Part shown: one piece after another, positions 8,941 through 16,675 of the stretch | Numbering within the stretch: the stretch's first letter is position 1 | Layout of the letters: each line of letters begins with the position of its first letter | Origin: an uncultured virus (IMG/VR IMGVR_UViG_3300027971_000053) | Lineage: Duplodnaviria; Heunggongvirae; Uroviricota; Caudoviricetes | Strand: one strand, 5' to 3' | DNA: 20,000 bases | IMG/VR virus record: IMGVR_UViG_3300027971_000053 | The notes under the pieces: model-generated | Told to the model about the DNA's origin: nothing | Seen by the model: the letters and a program-made list of their open reading frames with translations, nothing else | The model's database searches: none | Made by a program: the position numbers and the translations under genes

Positions 8941-10131
8941 TTAGTTTGAGTAGATACGAACTGCTTTGCCTTGCGGTGGTTTGAAGTGGTCGTTGTCAAC
9001 TACGCCCCATAATGCAGGCACATCGACGCACGCATTGCTACCATCTAAATACCCATCGGTTAACCACACAACACCTTTGGGTTTGTACTTCTTGTCACGA
9101 ATGTATTGCACAACGCACTCAGGGGAAGTGCCACCGCCACCCTGTGGGGAAAGAAGATGACCGATGTTCACAAACTGCTCGGGCTTGAACAACTGCTCAC
9201 CGCACACAGCACTATCCCACCACACGACACGCACAGAGTCAGGTCGTACATTCTCTGCAATGCGGGCGATCTCACCAAACACAGTAGGCAAGATACCGCC
9301 CATAGAGCCTGATGTATCACACGCAACGATGAGCTCACCAGTAGCCTCAGAGAAGTGAGACGGCATGACAATGCCAAGAGGTAGCAAGCGCTTGTTGGGT
9401 GGCGCAAAGCGAGAGTACTCATCACCCTCACATAGTGCAGTAACCCACTCACGCAAGTGCTCACGCCAGTTGGTGTCACGCTTCTGTGTAGCACGATCGA
9501 GTGGGCTATTGCGAGAACCCTGACCAGCTAACTTGTCAGCTAACAACTTACCCTGACGACCGGCATCATCTAGCTGACGACCTAGCTCGTTGGCTTCCTT
9601 ACTGCCTAGCTCAACTGCCTTGTCGAACATATGCGTATCCATAGCACCGCCGTTTTGTTGCTGTTGCTGTTGTGGTGGGGGGTTACGCAACAAGTCTTGC
9701 AACACCTCGATGAAAGACCAACCTTGATACTTGACGTCGATCAATGGCGCAGGATCTACTATGCGCTCGACAAACGTGAAGTTGGGGTCGATCTCCTCGA
9801 TGGTTGCATTGACTACATAGTCCATAGCCATGTTGCATAACTGTGGATACTTCTTGGATAGCTCCTTGTAGTTAGTGCAGTGCATCAACGCCTTGTGCAA
9901 CGACTCGTGCGCAACAAGATAACGCAACTGCTTGCGGTTAAGACCACCGACAAACGCAGGGTCATACCATACATCACGACCATCTGTACCTGCTGTGCCG
10001 ATGTCCTCAAACTTGACGTCGCCGATATACACATAGCCTGATAGACCAGCGAAGTCCTTGTTGTTGCTGAAGTCAACGTGTACTGCAATCACCCGATTGG
10101 GTGGGGTTAGTTTGTCCCATGTCTTAGACAT
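8941..10131 (-). CDS. DUF2201-like metallopeptidase plus vWA domain protein
   Basis: TAGTDG, LVAHESLH (HExxH), NMAMDYVVN; C-terminal MIDAS CDTSGSM, GGGGT, WLTDGY; PPPQQQQQQ linker. Confidence 0.88.
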   Translation of the reverse strand: MSKTWDKLTPPNRVIAVHVDFSNNKDFAGLSGYVYIGDVKFEDIGTAGTDGRDVWYDPAFVGGLNRKQLRYLVAHESLHKALMHCTNYKELSKKYPQLCNMAMDYVVNATIEEIDPNFTFVERIVDPAPLIDVKYQGWSFIEVLQDLLRNPPPQQQQQQNGGAMDTHMFDKAVELGSKEANELGRQLDDAGRQGKLLADKLAGQGSRNSPLDRATQKRDTNWREHLREWVTALCEGDEYSRFAPPNKRLLPLGIVMPSHFSEATGELIVACDTSGSMGGILPTVFGEIARIAENVRPDSVRVVWWDSAVCGEQLFKPEQFVNIGHLLSPQGGGGTSPECVVQYIRDKKYKPKGVVWLTDGYLDGSNACVDVPALWGVVDNDHFKPPQGKAVRIYSN

Positions 10132-10142
10132 TTGCTTTCTCC

Positions 10143-11258
10143 TTATTTGGTTGAGAAGTAAATCTTGTTGTCATTCATCAATGCTTGGAACGGCTTGACT
10201 GTGACGAACAATGCGGCACGAGTAGAGTTAGCAATGTTGTTAGCGAACATAGACTGCAACTCCTTGCGGTTACGCATGACGTACTCGGTGCATGCCTCGG
10301 CTTCCTCTCGTGTGCTTGTATCCGTAACACACTTGAGCACAGTAATGATCTGCGCCACAGGATTGCTAGGGATAGGGCAAGTAGATGGTGAGCTAACTAT
10401 TCTGCTAAACGCAGGCGTCTCGTCACCGAAGCGAATGAACGCACCCAATTCCTCAGCACCAGCACGACCGATCGTACCCTCGAGTAGACCCTGCAACGTA
10501 TCGGTATCCATGAACTCACGCTCTTTGACAATGTCTGACGCAGAGTGTAGTGAGCGAGGTGTGATGTAAGCCTGCTGAGATAACAACGGATTGAAGATAA
10601 CGTCATTCTCCTTAGACTGATCACGACCTGCATACTTACCGCCATCTTGATAGTCAAGGAAGCTATCGAACCATTTCGTGTGTCGCTCGGTGCATGCCAA
10701 GATGATAGAGTCGATGCCGTTGTCGATACCCCAGTTGTACCACTCAGGTTGCGTAGGCTTACGCATAGTCAAGAACACAAGACGATTACGCAAGTGCGCC
10801 TGTATCGAATCACCCAAGCCCTCGACCGCAAGGTTAGTACCAGCGAACACGACTGAACCCTCAGCCATCTGATAGTTACCAACGGCACGCTCGTACACAA
10901 TCGGAGCAAGTACGTCTTTGATGTACTGCTTAGCCTTAGCCAACTCATCGAGGAACACAAGCGATGGGCGAGCACCATTGATACCCCTTTGATTAGCCTT
11001 GCTGACACCGAAGCGCTCGTTGGGTAGCTCACGAGATACGCCTGCATCACGATCAATGTCAGGCATCCACACAGAACCATCAGACATCTGAGTACAGTCG
11101 AGCTTGACCGCAACGTGATTGGCGAAGTGTGGGTCACGCTCAAGGGTGTGATAAATACCAGTCTTACCGATACCATTCTCACCTTGAACAATGATGGTGC
11201 GCTTGTGACCAATCATCTTGATTGCGTTTGCTACTTGTAATGAATTAAGTAATTTCAT
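10143..11258 (-). CDS. MoxR/dynein-related AAA+ ATPase
   Basis: Walker A GENGIGKT, Walker B LVFLDEL, sensor 1 FAGTN, arginine finger LRNRL, sensor 2 TPRS. Confidence 0.9.
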   Translation of the reverse strand: MKLLNSLQVANAIKMIGHKRTIIVQGENGIGKTGIYHTLERDPHFANHVAVKLDCTQMSDGSVWMPDIDRDAGVSRELPNERFGVSKANQRGINGARPSLVFLDELAKAKQYIKDVLAPIVYERAVGNYQMAEGSVVFAGTNLAVEGLGDSIQAHLRNRLVFLTMRKPTQPEWYNWGIDNGIDSIILACTERHTKWFDSFLDYQDGGKYAGRDQSKENDVIFNPLLSQQAYITPRSLHSASDIVKEREFMDTDTLQGLLEGTIGRAGAEELGAFIRFGDETPAFSRIVSSPSTCPIPSNPVAQIITVLKCVTDTSTREEAEACTEYVMRNRKELQSMFANNIANSTRAALFVTVKPFQALMNDNKIYFSTK

Positions 11259-11301
11259 GGTGTTTATATCCTCGTTTGATTAGTACTACTGTTTTTTAGA
11301 A

Positions 11302-11329
11302 ATTGTAACATACTACTTTATAGAAACAA
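11302..11329 (-). promoter_or_regulatory. sigma70-type promoter upstream of the AAA/vWA operon
   Basis: Minus strand reads TTGTTT-16 nt-TACAAT with an extended -10 TG (TGtTACAAT), in an AT-rich intergenic gap. Confidence 0.55.
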
Positions 11330-11336
11330 CAACTAC

Positions 11337-12320
11337 TTAACCTCCTTTCTTGTTGGCACGGGTGTAATAAGTTCTCGGCAACGTCTTGTCAAACTGTGGC
11401 AGGGCTATTGAATCTGTACCCTTGGATAGCCCAGCAAACGACATCAGCCTAGCTACCAATGACTTCTTGAACTCGTCAGCGGTAATGGCTTGTACTATGT
11501 CATCAGCCTTTTCCTGCGCATCGTCAGCCTCGGCAGGGTTGCGTGACCTAGCCCAACCACTCATCTTGTGGAACAGATTGCCGCTATGCTCGTTGTACAC
11601 CTTCTTACTAGCTAGCATGTCGAAGCAATCCTGCGCTACCTCGTCAAAGGTCTGCATAAAAGCCGTTGACTCAAGGGGTAGGGGTAGGTTAAACAGCGCA
11701 TCCATCATGGTTGACTGAAGGGCATACCCTAGGCGTGACTCACCAAACGGCTTGCCCATGTTAGACGATAGGTTGACACACTCCTTAAGCGTGGGTAGCT
11801 TGAACATCTGAAGCGTGACGTAGGCATCGAGTTCTTTCTTGATGTCCTTGCGCTTTTGCTTGTCACCCTCGTTTGAGGCAAGGCGGTATATATCTGCATG
11901 CCATGACTTCTCCGCAATGAGTTGGTGAGAGCTGTTGTAGGTAAGCAAAGCCGAGAAGTCTTTGCCCTGCTCCTTGTAGTGTGGGTTGAGTGGCAAGCGA
12001 ACTGCATCGCCTGTGGTAGTGCGTAAGCCAATGCCGTTGTAGTAGCCTGTGAACTTGTACTGTAGTTGTATGTCATAAGTACCATACAAGCCAATGACTG
12101 CTACCTCGTACTCACCCTGATCATTTGGTTCATACACCCTGACGACATCTACGCCGTTGACCTTGTACACATAGCTGTGTGCGTCCTTCTGAAGCATGAG
12201 GTTGTACTCGGATACCCTGCGTAGGGGTCGTTGGAACTCGTTGTACCGCTTACTGCGTGGTGGCTTCTTGGTCTTGTTGAATTGATCTTGTGCTGATTGG
12301 TAGGTTACTGTTGTGTACAT
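11337..12320 (-). CDS. hypothetical phage protein (327 aa)
   Basis: Long ORF with a strong AAGGAG RBS; no motif recognised. Confidence 0.8.
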   Translation of the reverse strand: MYTTVTYQSAQDQFNKTKKPPRSKRYNEFQRPLRRVSEYNLMLQKDAHSYVYKVNGVDVVRVYEPNDQGEYEVAVIGLYGTYDIQLQYKFTGYYNGIGLRTTTGDAVRLPLNPHYKEQGKDFSALLTYNSSHQLIAEKSWHADIYRLASNEGDKQKRKDIKKELDAYVTLQMFKLPTLKECVNLSSNMGKPFGESRLGYALQSTMMDALFNLPLPLESTAFMQTFDEVAQDCFDMLASKKVYNEHSGNLFHKMSGWARSRNPAEADDAQEKADDIVQAITADEFKKSLVARLMSFAGLSKGTDSIALPQFDKTLPRTYYTRANKKGG

Positions 12321-12337
12321 ATTGATTCTCCTTTGGT

Positions 12338-13192
12338 TTACTTGCTGATTGAAATAGTTGCATTGCTTAGGTACGAGTCAACCGCACCATCGATCTTGTC
12401 GCTGACCACATCATCAATGCGATCGCCAACTGCATCACTCACCGCATCATCGAAGTCGAAGTGGTAGCTTGGGTCAAAGTTATTCTCGAAGTAAGACTCA
12501 ACCTCACTCTCCACAACTTCTTGCACAGCGTCTTTGGCTAGGTCTTCGATGCCTGCCCCGATCAACTCATGTCGCACCAAGTCTTTGAACCAGTCTGCTT
12601 GTTGTAGTGTGAGTGATACGCATTCTTGGAGAGAATTCTCTCCAGCCTCGGGTTGGGCTTTAGATTGGCTGATGACCGAAGTAAGAAGCTGAAGCTGGGT
12701 ACAGATGTTGTTGATGATGTCGGCTAGGGTTGGGGTAGCCTGTGGTTCGGGTGCGCCGAGTGTACCCCCGTGTGTGTACTGAATTGCATCAGGGTTTGGT
12801 AGGCGTATGTTGTCTACTATGTCCTGCATTGTTGGTTCGGGTATAGCCCTGTTCTCCACAAGTGAGTGCAATACTTCCTTGGTTTCTCTCGGCACTTCGG
12901 GTGCGTTAAGGTGGTCGAGTAATAGTTCTTTCAATCCGATATTTTCCATCTGCTTAAACTCCTCGTCTTGTTCGTGGGTTGTAGGTACTGCGTTGTTAAG
13001 GTCTTGCATTGTGAATGTGGTCATGCTGTTTCTCCTTGTGGTAATGGTTCGATTGATTTCATCTACTTCGGCGATAACCCACTCATCTGTGGGCTCAAAG
13101 ATTTCCATAGCTATTTCGCAGGCATCTTCGGGACTCTCTGCCTCAACTAACTCAACGGAATAGCTAGCTACTACAACTCGGTACTCTTTCAT
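12338..13192 (-). CDS. acidic hypothetical protein; second in-frame start at 13024 with strong RBS
   Basis: 284-aa ORF with a D/E-rich C-terminus; AAGGAGAAACAGCATG precedes MTTFTM at 13024. Confidence 0.75.
   Translation of the reverse strand: MKEYRVVVASYSVELVEAESPEDACEIAMEIFEPTDEWVIAEVDEINRTITTRRNSMTTFTMQDLNNAVPTTHEQDEEFKQMENIGLKELLLDHLNAPEVPRETKEVLHSLVENRAIPEPTMQDIVDNIRLPNPDAIQYTHGGTLGAPEPQATPTLADIINNICTQLQLLTSVISQSKAQPEAGENSLQECVSLTLQQADWFKDLVRHELIGAGIEDLAKDAVQEVVESEVESYFENNFDPSYHFDFDDAVSDAVGDRIDDVVSDKIDGAVDSYLSNATISISK
12628..12643. repeat. 16-bp palindrome copy 1 (intragenic)
   Basis: GGAGAGAATTCTCTCC exact; extends to 18 bp with flanking T and A; read as GENSL. Confidence 0.97.
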
Positions 13193-13644
13193 ACGCTTTC
13201 TCCTATCGCTTGGTTGAACTGCTCGGATACACCTACTTCTACTTCTTCGCTACTATGCTTACTTCTAATCGTTACATACGCACCACCATCTGTGATGGCT
13301 ATTTCCTGATGTCCTATACCACCCCACCCATTTTCTATATCACAGTCAATACCTAAATGAAACACGATTGATTGCGCCCCTTGAAGGGACTTGACTAGCC
13401 CTCGTGCCATCTTGTACTCCAATATGTAGTCGTCTTTGATCGTGACATCAATCCATACAGGCAGGTCGGTGTACTCGCTGTTGGTGTACATATCCTCGGT
13501 AAACTCGATGGGGTGTGAGCAGTCTTTCTTTAGCTCAGCCCATGCTTGCGCCCAATCTTCTTGCGTATCAGGGTCTGTTGGTGGTTCGCTAAGCCACTCG
13601 TTGTCCCCACTATGTAAGTACATGTATCGTCTGCTGTTACTCAT
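13189..13644 (-). CDS. acidic hypothetical protein (151 aa)
   Basis: Likely start MSNSRR at 13644 after a purine-rich RBS region; the track's longer version overlaps the membrane-peptide ORF. Confidence 0.7.
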   Translation of the reverse strand: MSNSRRYMYLHSGDNEWLSEPPTDPDTQEDWAQAWAELKKDCSHPIEFTEDMYTNSEYTDLPVWIDVTIKDDYILEYKMARGLVKSLQGAQSIVFHLGIDCDIENGWGGIGHQEIAITDGGAYVTIRSKHSSEEVEVGVSEQFNQAIGESV

Positions 13645-13646
13645 CT

Positions 13647-13781
13647 CTATTTCCTTTCTCCTAGTTCGCATAGTTTGGCTATGCACCATAACAACCCAGC
13701 AAATAACCCAAAGGTAAGACCAACGGATATAAGCCAAGCACCTATCTCCAACAACCAATACGCCCAATCAATTGCTTCCAT
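13647..13781 (-). CDS. small membrane peptide (44 aa)
   Basis: Manual translation: MEAIDWAYWLLEIGAWLISVGLTFGLFAGLLWCIAKLCELGERK; one hydrophobic segment and a charged tail. Confidence 0.6.
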   Translation of the reverse strand: MEAIDWAYWLLEIGAWLISVGLTFGLFAGLLWCIAKLCELGERK

Positions 13782-14025
13782 GACTAAACTCCGAGTAGCC
13801 ACAGTTCTCAACTAAATGGCGTGCCATATCACTAATGAGGGTTTCAATCTCATCTAGCACTTCGCCACCATACTTAAACTCCCACTCAGTCAACGCACTA
13901 CTTACTTCGTTAATGCGTTCCCACTCAGCTACGCTATCGTCTCGTGCTGGTGGTGCGGTAAGGCAATGAATGATGTTAGGTAAGTCTTCTTCTAATGCGG
14001 TTTCATACTCTGTGTAGTAACTCAT
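13768..14025 (-). CDS. acidic hypothetical protein (85 aa)
   Basis: GAGGAG RBS and ATGA overlap. Confidence 0.7.
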   Translation of the reverse strand: MSYYTEYETALEEDLPNIIHCLTAPPARDDSVAEWERINEVSSALTEWEFKYGGEVLDEIETLISDMARHLVENCGYSEFSHGSN

Positions 14026-14387
14026 ACCAACTCCTCCTCTCGTGCTAATACGCCTTCAATAAACCCATTAACAAAGCTAGGCAAGCCATCATCAACGGGG
14101 TCGTGATCTTTTAGGTATAGCTTTGTAGCGTGTGCCTCTAACTCTTGTATGTACTCATCGTCATACACCCAGTCGTATGTCTCAACAGGGCGAATGATGT
14201 ACAGGTAGTTTGTGGTATCAACGCCATCTTTTGCGAACTTGAACTTCATGCGGTCGATCTCCGCTTTCGCTTCTTCTACATACAGATAGCCATACTTGGC
14301 ATACACACATTTGCCAGCCAACCCACCATCGAATACATCTACTGTGTACGACTCGCCTTTCGGCACTTGCTTTAGTCTGCCTCTCAT
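14022..14387 (-). CDS. hypothetical protein (121 aa)
   Basis: AAGGAG RBS. Confidence 0.7.
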   Translation of the reverse strand: MRGRLKQVPKGESYTVDVFDGGLAGKCVYAKYGYLYVEEAKAEIDRMKFKFAKDGVDTTNYLYIIRPVETYDWVYDDEYIQELEAHATKLYLKDHDPVDDGLPSFVNGFIEGVLAREEELV

Positions 14388-14424
14388 AATGATTCTCCTT
14401 GTCTAATAGATTGTGCTAGTTGTT

Positions 14425-14440
14425 GGAGAGAATTCTCTCC
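14425..14440. repeat. 16-bp palindrome copy 2 (intergenic)
   Basis: GGAGAGAATTCTCTCC exact. Confidence 0.97.
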
Positions 14441-14447
14441 GTCTCTT

Positions 14448-14555
14448 TTAAAACCACACCCACAACATAAAGGCACGAAACATCTGTGCGATAAAGAAAA
14501 GTGCAACTAAAGCTAGCACCGCCCATATAAACCGATCTTCGTCCATCCATTTCAT
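14448..14555 (-). CDS. small membrane peptide (35 aa)
   Basis: Manual translation: MKWMDEDRFIWAVLALVALFFIAQMFRAFMLWVWF; ATGA overlap with the upstream stop. Confidence 0.6.
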   Translation of the reverse strand: MKWMDEDRFIWAVLALVALFFIAQMFRAFMLWVWF

Positions 14556-15193
14556 AATGCACCTACCTTTCTTCGTTTGATTAACTCGTTGATTTTGATG
14601 CTTGGAGAGATTTCTCTCCCGTCCTTTGCTTGCTCAAGCAAGTCTTGTCTTATTCGTTTAGCCTCTGCGTAGTTGTAGCTATGTTGATCTAGCAAAGCGT
14701 GTTGTAGGGGTGTTGCGTCTTCGGGCATTTGATTCTTGTATGAGTAGTAGCGGCTAGCATACGCCGTGACCTGTTTTTGTAGGTTTGTTTTAAGTTCATC
14801 TTGCCACAGGGTTCGCTTCTTCTGCCAATACTCTTTCATTACCTTTGCCCTTTTCTTGGGCAGGGCTTCACGCTTCTCGGCTATCAGGGCTTCGCCTATC
14901 GTGGGGTTCATGTCCCCGCTACTTATTTTATTTCTTATCTCTTTGATGCTTAGCGGTGTTCTGCGTTTGCGTTGGTTTCTACAGTCTTTGCACAATGAGC
15001 TGTACAGCGTGTGCCGTGTGGTTAGGTTCGGTTTGCGTAGCAACGCTTTGCTCTGTGCAAGGGTGAGCACCCGATGGAAATCTTTTTTGGGTTTGGTTTC
15101 ACCGCAAGTTTTGCACAGAAGAGTGATGACCGAAGTTGGGAGAGAATTCTCTCCGAGTTGTGTGTTGACGGATTTTCCCTTGTGCTGGTGCAT
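14552..15193 (-). CDS. basic zinc-finger protein (213 aa)
   Basis: Start MHQHKG at 15193 after AAGGAG; CKTC...CKDC cysteine pairs; K/R-rich. Confidence 0.72.
   Translation of the reverse strand: MHQHKGKSVNTQLGENSLPTSVITLLCKTCGETKPKKDFHRVLTLAQSKALLRKPNLTTRHTLYSSLCKDCRNQRKRRTPLSIKEIRNKISSGDMNPTIGEALIAEKREALPKKRAKVMKEYWQKKRTLWQDELKTNLQKQVTAYASRYYSYKNQMPEDATPLQHALLDQHSYNYAEAKRIRQDLLEQAKDGREISPSIKINELIKRRKVGAL
14604..14619. repeat. 16-bp palindrome copy 3 (one mismatch, intragenic)
   Basis: GGAGAGATTTCTCTCC; read as GREISP. Confidence 0.92.
15139..15154. repeat. 16-bp palindrome copy 4 (intragenic)
   Basis: GGAGAGAATTCTCTCC exact; read as GENSL. Confidence 0.97.
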
Positions 15194-15210
15194 GATGTTC
15201 TCCTTAAAAA

Positions 15211-15511
15211 TCTGCCAATAGTCTACCAATTCACTGCAGGTGGACGCAGTACTAGACGCCACGAGAAGTATACATTATAAGGCTTGAGAGATATAGTGAC
15301 CAAGATATATACGAGTCACAGAGTTTTATTAAAGTAACTAAGTTTTTCAACAAGATTACTCTGTCCACTTTTTTCTCTCTTATTATTATGTATTCTATTC
15401 TCTTTTATATATATATAGGTAGGTTGCCAAGTTGACGCAATCATATTCTATATACCTTTGGGGGTGTCCACTATGTGTCCACTAGTGCTCAAATGGTAGA
15501 CTATTGGCAGA
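15211..15511. repeat. 18-bp inverted repeat flanking an AT-rich non-coding core (origin-like)
   Basis: TCTGCCAATAGTCTACCA at 15211-15228 and its exact reverse complement at 15494-15511; GTCCAC motifs and a TATATATATA tract inside. Confidence 0.85.
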
Positions 15512-15562
15512 AAAGGGGGTAAAAGGTGTTCTCCACAATAGCTTGCAGAGAACCTATGTGAT

Positions 15563-15578
15563 GGAGAGAATTCTCTCC
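15563..15578. repeat. 16-bp palindrome copy 5 (intergenic)
   Basis: GGAGAGAATTCTCTCC exact, 3 nt after the stop of ORF 15582-15797. Confidence 0.97.
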
Positions 15579-15581
15579 GAG

Positions 15582-15797
15582 TCATGCCCACTTAGAGCGA
15601 GCCAATGCGACTGTTGTCACAATGAACCAACCATCTTGAAAGCCATCATTAGCACCTAACTTCTTGAGTGCATTGAGTGCTGTCTTGTAGTGGTCGTGGC
15701 ATTTCATTGTGCCGTCAGTATCTCGTTGGAATGAACAGATAAGCCCGTCCTCTTTGTAGATAACATGATAGCCCGTTGGGTTGAGTTTCTTTTTCAT
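15582..15797 (-). CDS. hypothetical protein (71 aa)
   Basis: AAGGAG RBS. Confidence 0.7.
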   Translation of the reverse strand: MKKKLNPTGYHVIYKEDGLICSFQRDTDGTMKCHDHYKTALNALKKLGANDGFQDGWFIVTTVALARSKWA

Positions 15798-15801
15798 GGT
15801 G

Positions 15802-15960
15802 TTACTCCTTATGTTGTTTGTAAATGGTGATGCTGAACTGATTGAACGCTGACTGCATGGATACTTCTACCTCTACTTCTTTGGGTTTTGTGCAGGGTTT
15901 CTGCACAACTTGTTGCTTAGCCTGAGCCTTAAGTAAGGCGCATTGTTGCTTGGTTAACAT
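15802..15960 (-). CDS. hypothetical protein (52 aa)
   Basis: Manual translation: MLTKQQCALLKAQAKQQVVQKPCTKPKEVEVEVSMQSAFNQFSITIYKQHKE; AAGGAG RBS. Confidence 0.6.
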   Translation of the reverse strand: MLTKQQCALLKAQAKQQVVQKPCTKPKEVEVEVSMQSAFNQFSITIYKQHKE

Positions 15961-16097
15961 GGTGATTCTCCTTTGTAGTGCTTCTGTAATATGGTTTCGA
16001 TCTTTAGTACTGTGGTGCGTAGGTGCTTGGCAATGTATTCGGGAGATCGACCCTTGTGATACATCAAGCAGACGATAAAGCTAGAGAACATAGTCAT
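15954..16097 (-). CDS. small helix-turn-helix-like protein (47 aa)
   Basis: Manual translation: MTMFSSFIVCLMYHKGRSPEYIAKHLRTTVLKIETILQKHYKGESPC; GxSxxxIAxxLxxT pattern; GAGGAG RBS and ATGA overlap. Confidence 0.55.
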   Translation of the reverse strand: MTMFSSFIVCLMYHKGRSPEYIAKHLRTTVLKIETILQKHYKGESPC

Positions 16098-16318
16098 ACT
16101 TGCTCCTCGTATGTTCTGAACCAAAAGGCTAGGCTTTCGTGTGTGCCAGACCTATTATCAGACGGCTCGTTACTAAACCGCAGTACATACTGATGGTCGC
16201 ACTTGTACATATCCGCAGGCTCATACTTTTGAATAGGCACAAACACAGTACCCAAGAACTGACAGGCAGGACAATCGTGTTCGTACAAAGGTGTTGCTAA
16301 GTGTTTCATTGATGACAT
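16094..16318 (-). CDS. hypothetical protein with HDCxxC motif (74 aa)
   Basis: PLYEHDCPACQFLG...DMYKC; AAGGAG RBS. Confidence 0.7.
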   Translation of the reverse strand: MSSMKHLATPLYEHDCPACQFLGTVFVPIQKYEPADMYKCDHQYVLRFSNEPSDNRSGTHESLAFWFRTYEEQV

Positions 16319-16340
16319 GGTGTTTCTCCTTCGTTGGTTG

Positions 16341-16356
16341 GGAGAGAATTCTCTCC
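16341..16356. repeat. 16-bp palindrome copy 6 (intergenic)
   Basis: GGAGAGAATTCTCTCC exact, 4 nt after the stop of ORF 16361-16588. Confidence 0.97.
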
Positions 16357-16360
16357 GAGG

Positions 16361-16588
16361 TTAACCCCACACAGAGATGTGTGAAGTGAGTTCATACGAC
16401 AAGCGATCGTGGAGATCGTCCCAATCATATGTGGTGAGCCTGTGCTTTTGATCTCTAGCCAACTCAATGAGTTTGGCAAGGTCTTGCGGAGACATGGACA
16501 ATACAACGCTGTTCCGCTTGAACTCTTTGTAGTCAATGGCTATTGGCTTAGCCTTCTTTGGGATTGGTTTTGCTGGTGCTTTTTGCAT
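16361..16588 (-). CDS. hypothetical protein (75 aa)
   Basis: AGGAG RBS; basic N-terminus. Confidence 0.7.
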   Translation of the reverse strand: MQKAPAKPIPKKAKPIAIDYKEFKRNSVVLSMSPQDLAKLIELARDQKHRLTTYDWDDLHDRLSYELTSHISVWG

Positions 16589-16621
16589 GATTAACTCCTG
16601 TGTTGTGGTACTTGTTGGTGG

Positions 16622-16673
16622 GAAAGGGCAAGACTTGACACGAAACTAAACAGCCTTGAAGCCTCGCCCTCTC
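16622..16673 (-). other. intergenic 15-bp RNA stem-loop (RNase III-like site candidate)
   Basis: Minus strand GAGAGGGCGAGGCTT pairs with AAGTCTTGCCCTTTC, including 3 G-U pairs, around 22 nt. Confidence 0.65.
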
Positions 16674-16675
16674 GG

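Noticed and set aside
9655..9682. Poly-Gln/Pro tract as a phase-variable repeat
   Set aside because: Mixed CAA/CAG codons in frame; consistent with a flexible interdomain linker.
12671..15136. 12-nt repeat GATGACCGAAGT at 12671 and 15125, each near a palindrome
   Set aside because: It lies on opposite sides of the palindrome at different distances; a single 12-mer match in 20 kb is expected by chance.
426..16594. Many plus-strand ORFs in the track (e.g. 2177-2704, 3455-3940, 14766-15221)
   Set aside because: Antisense shadows of well-supported minus-strand genes, with no recognisable motifs.
16635..16663. Plus-strand TTGACA as an antisense promoter
   Set aside because: No acceptable -10 hexamer at 16-18 nt spacing; the sequence is part of the minus-strand stem-loop.
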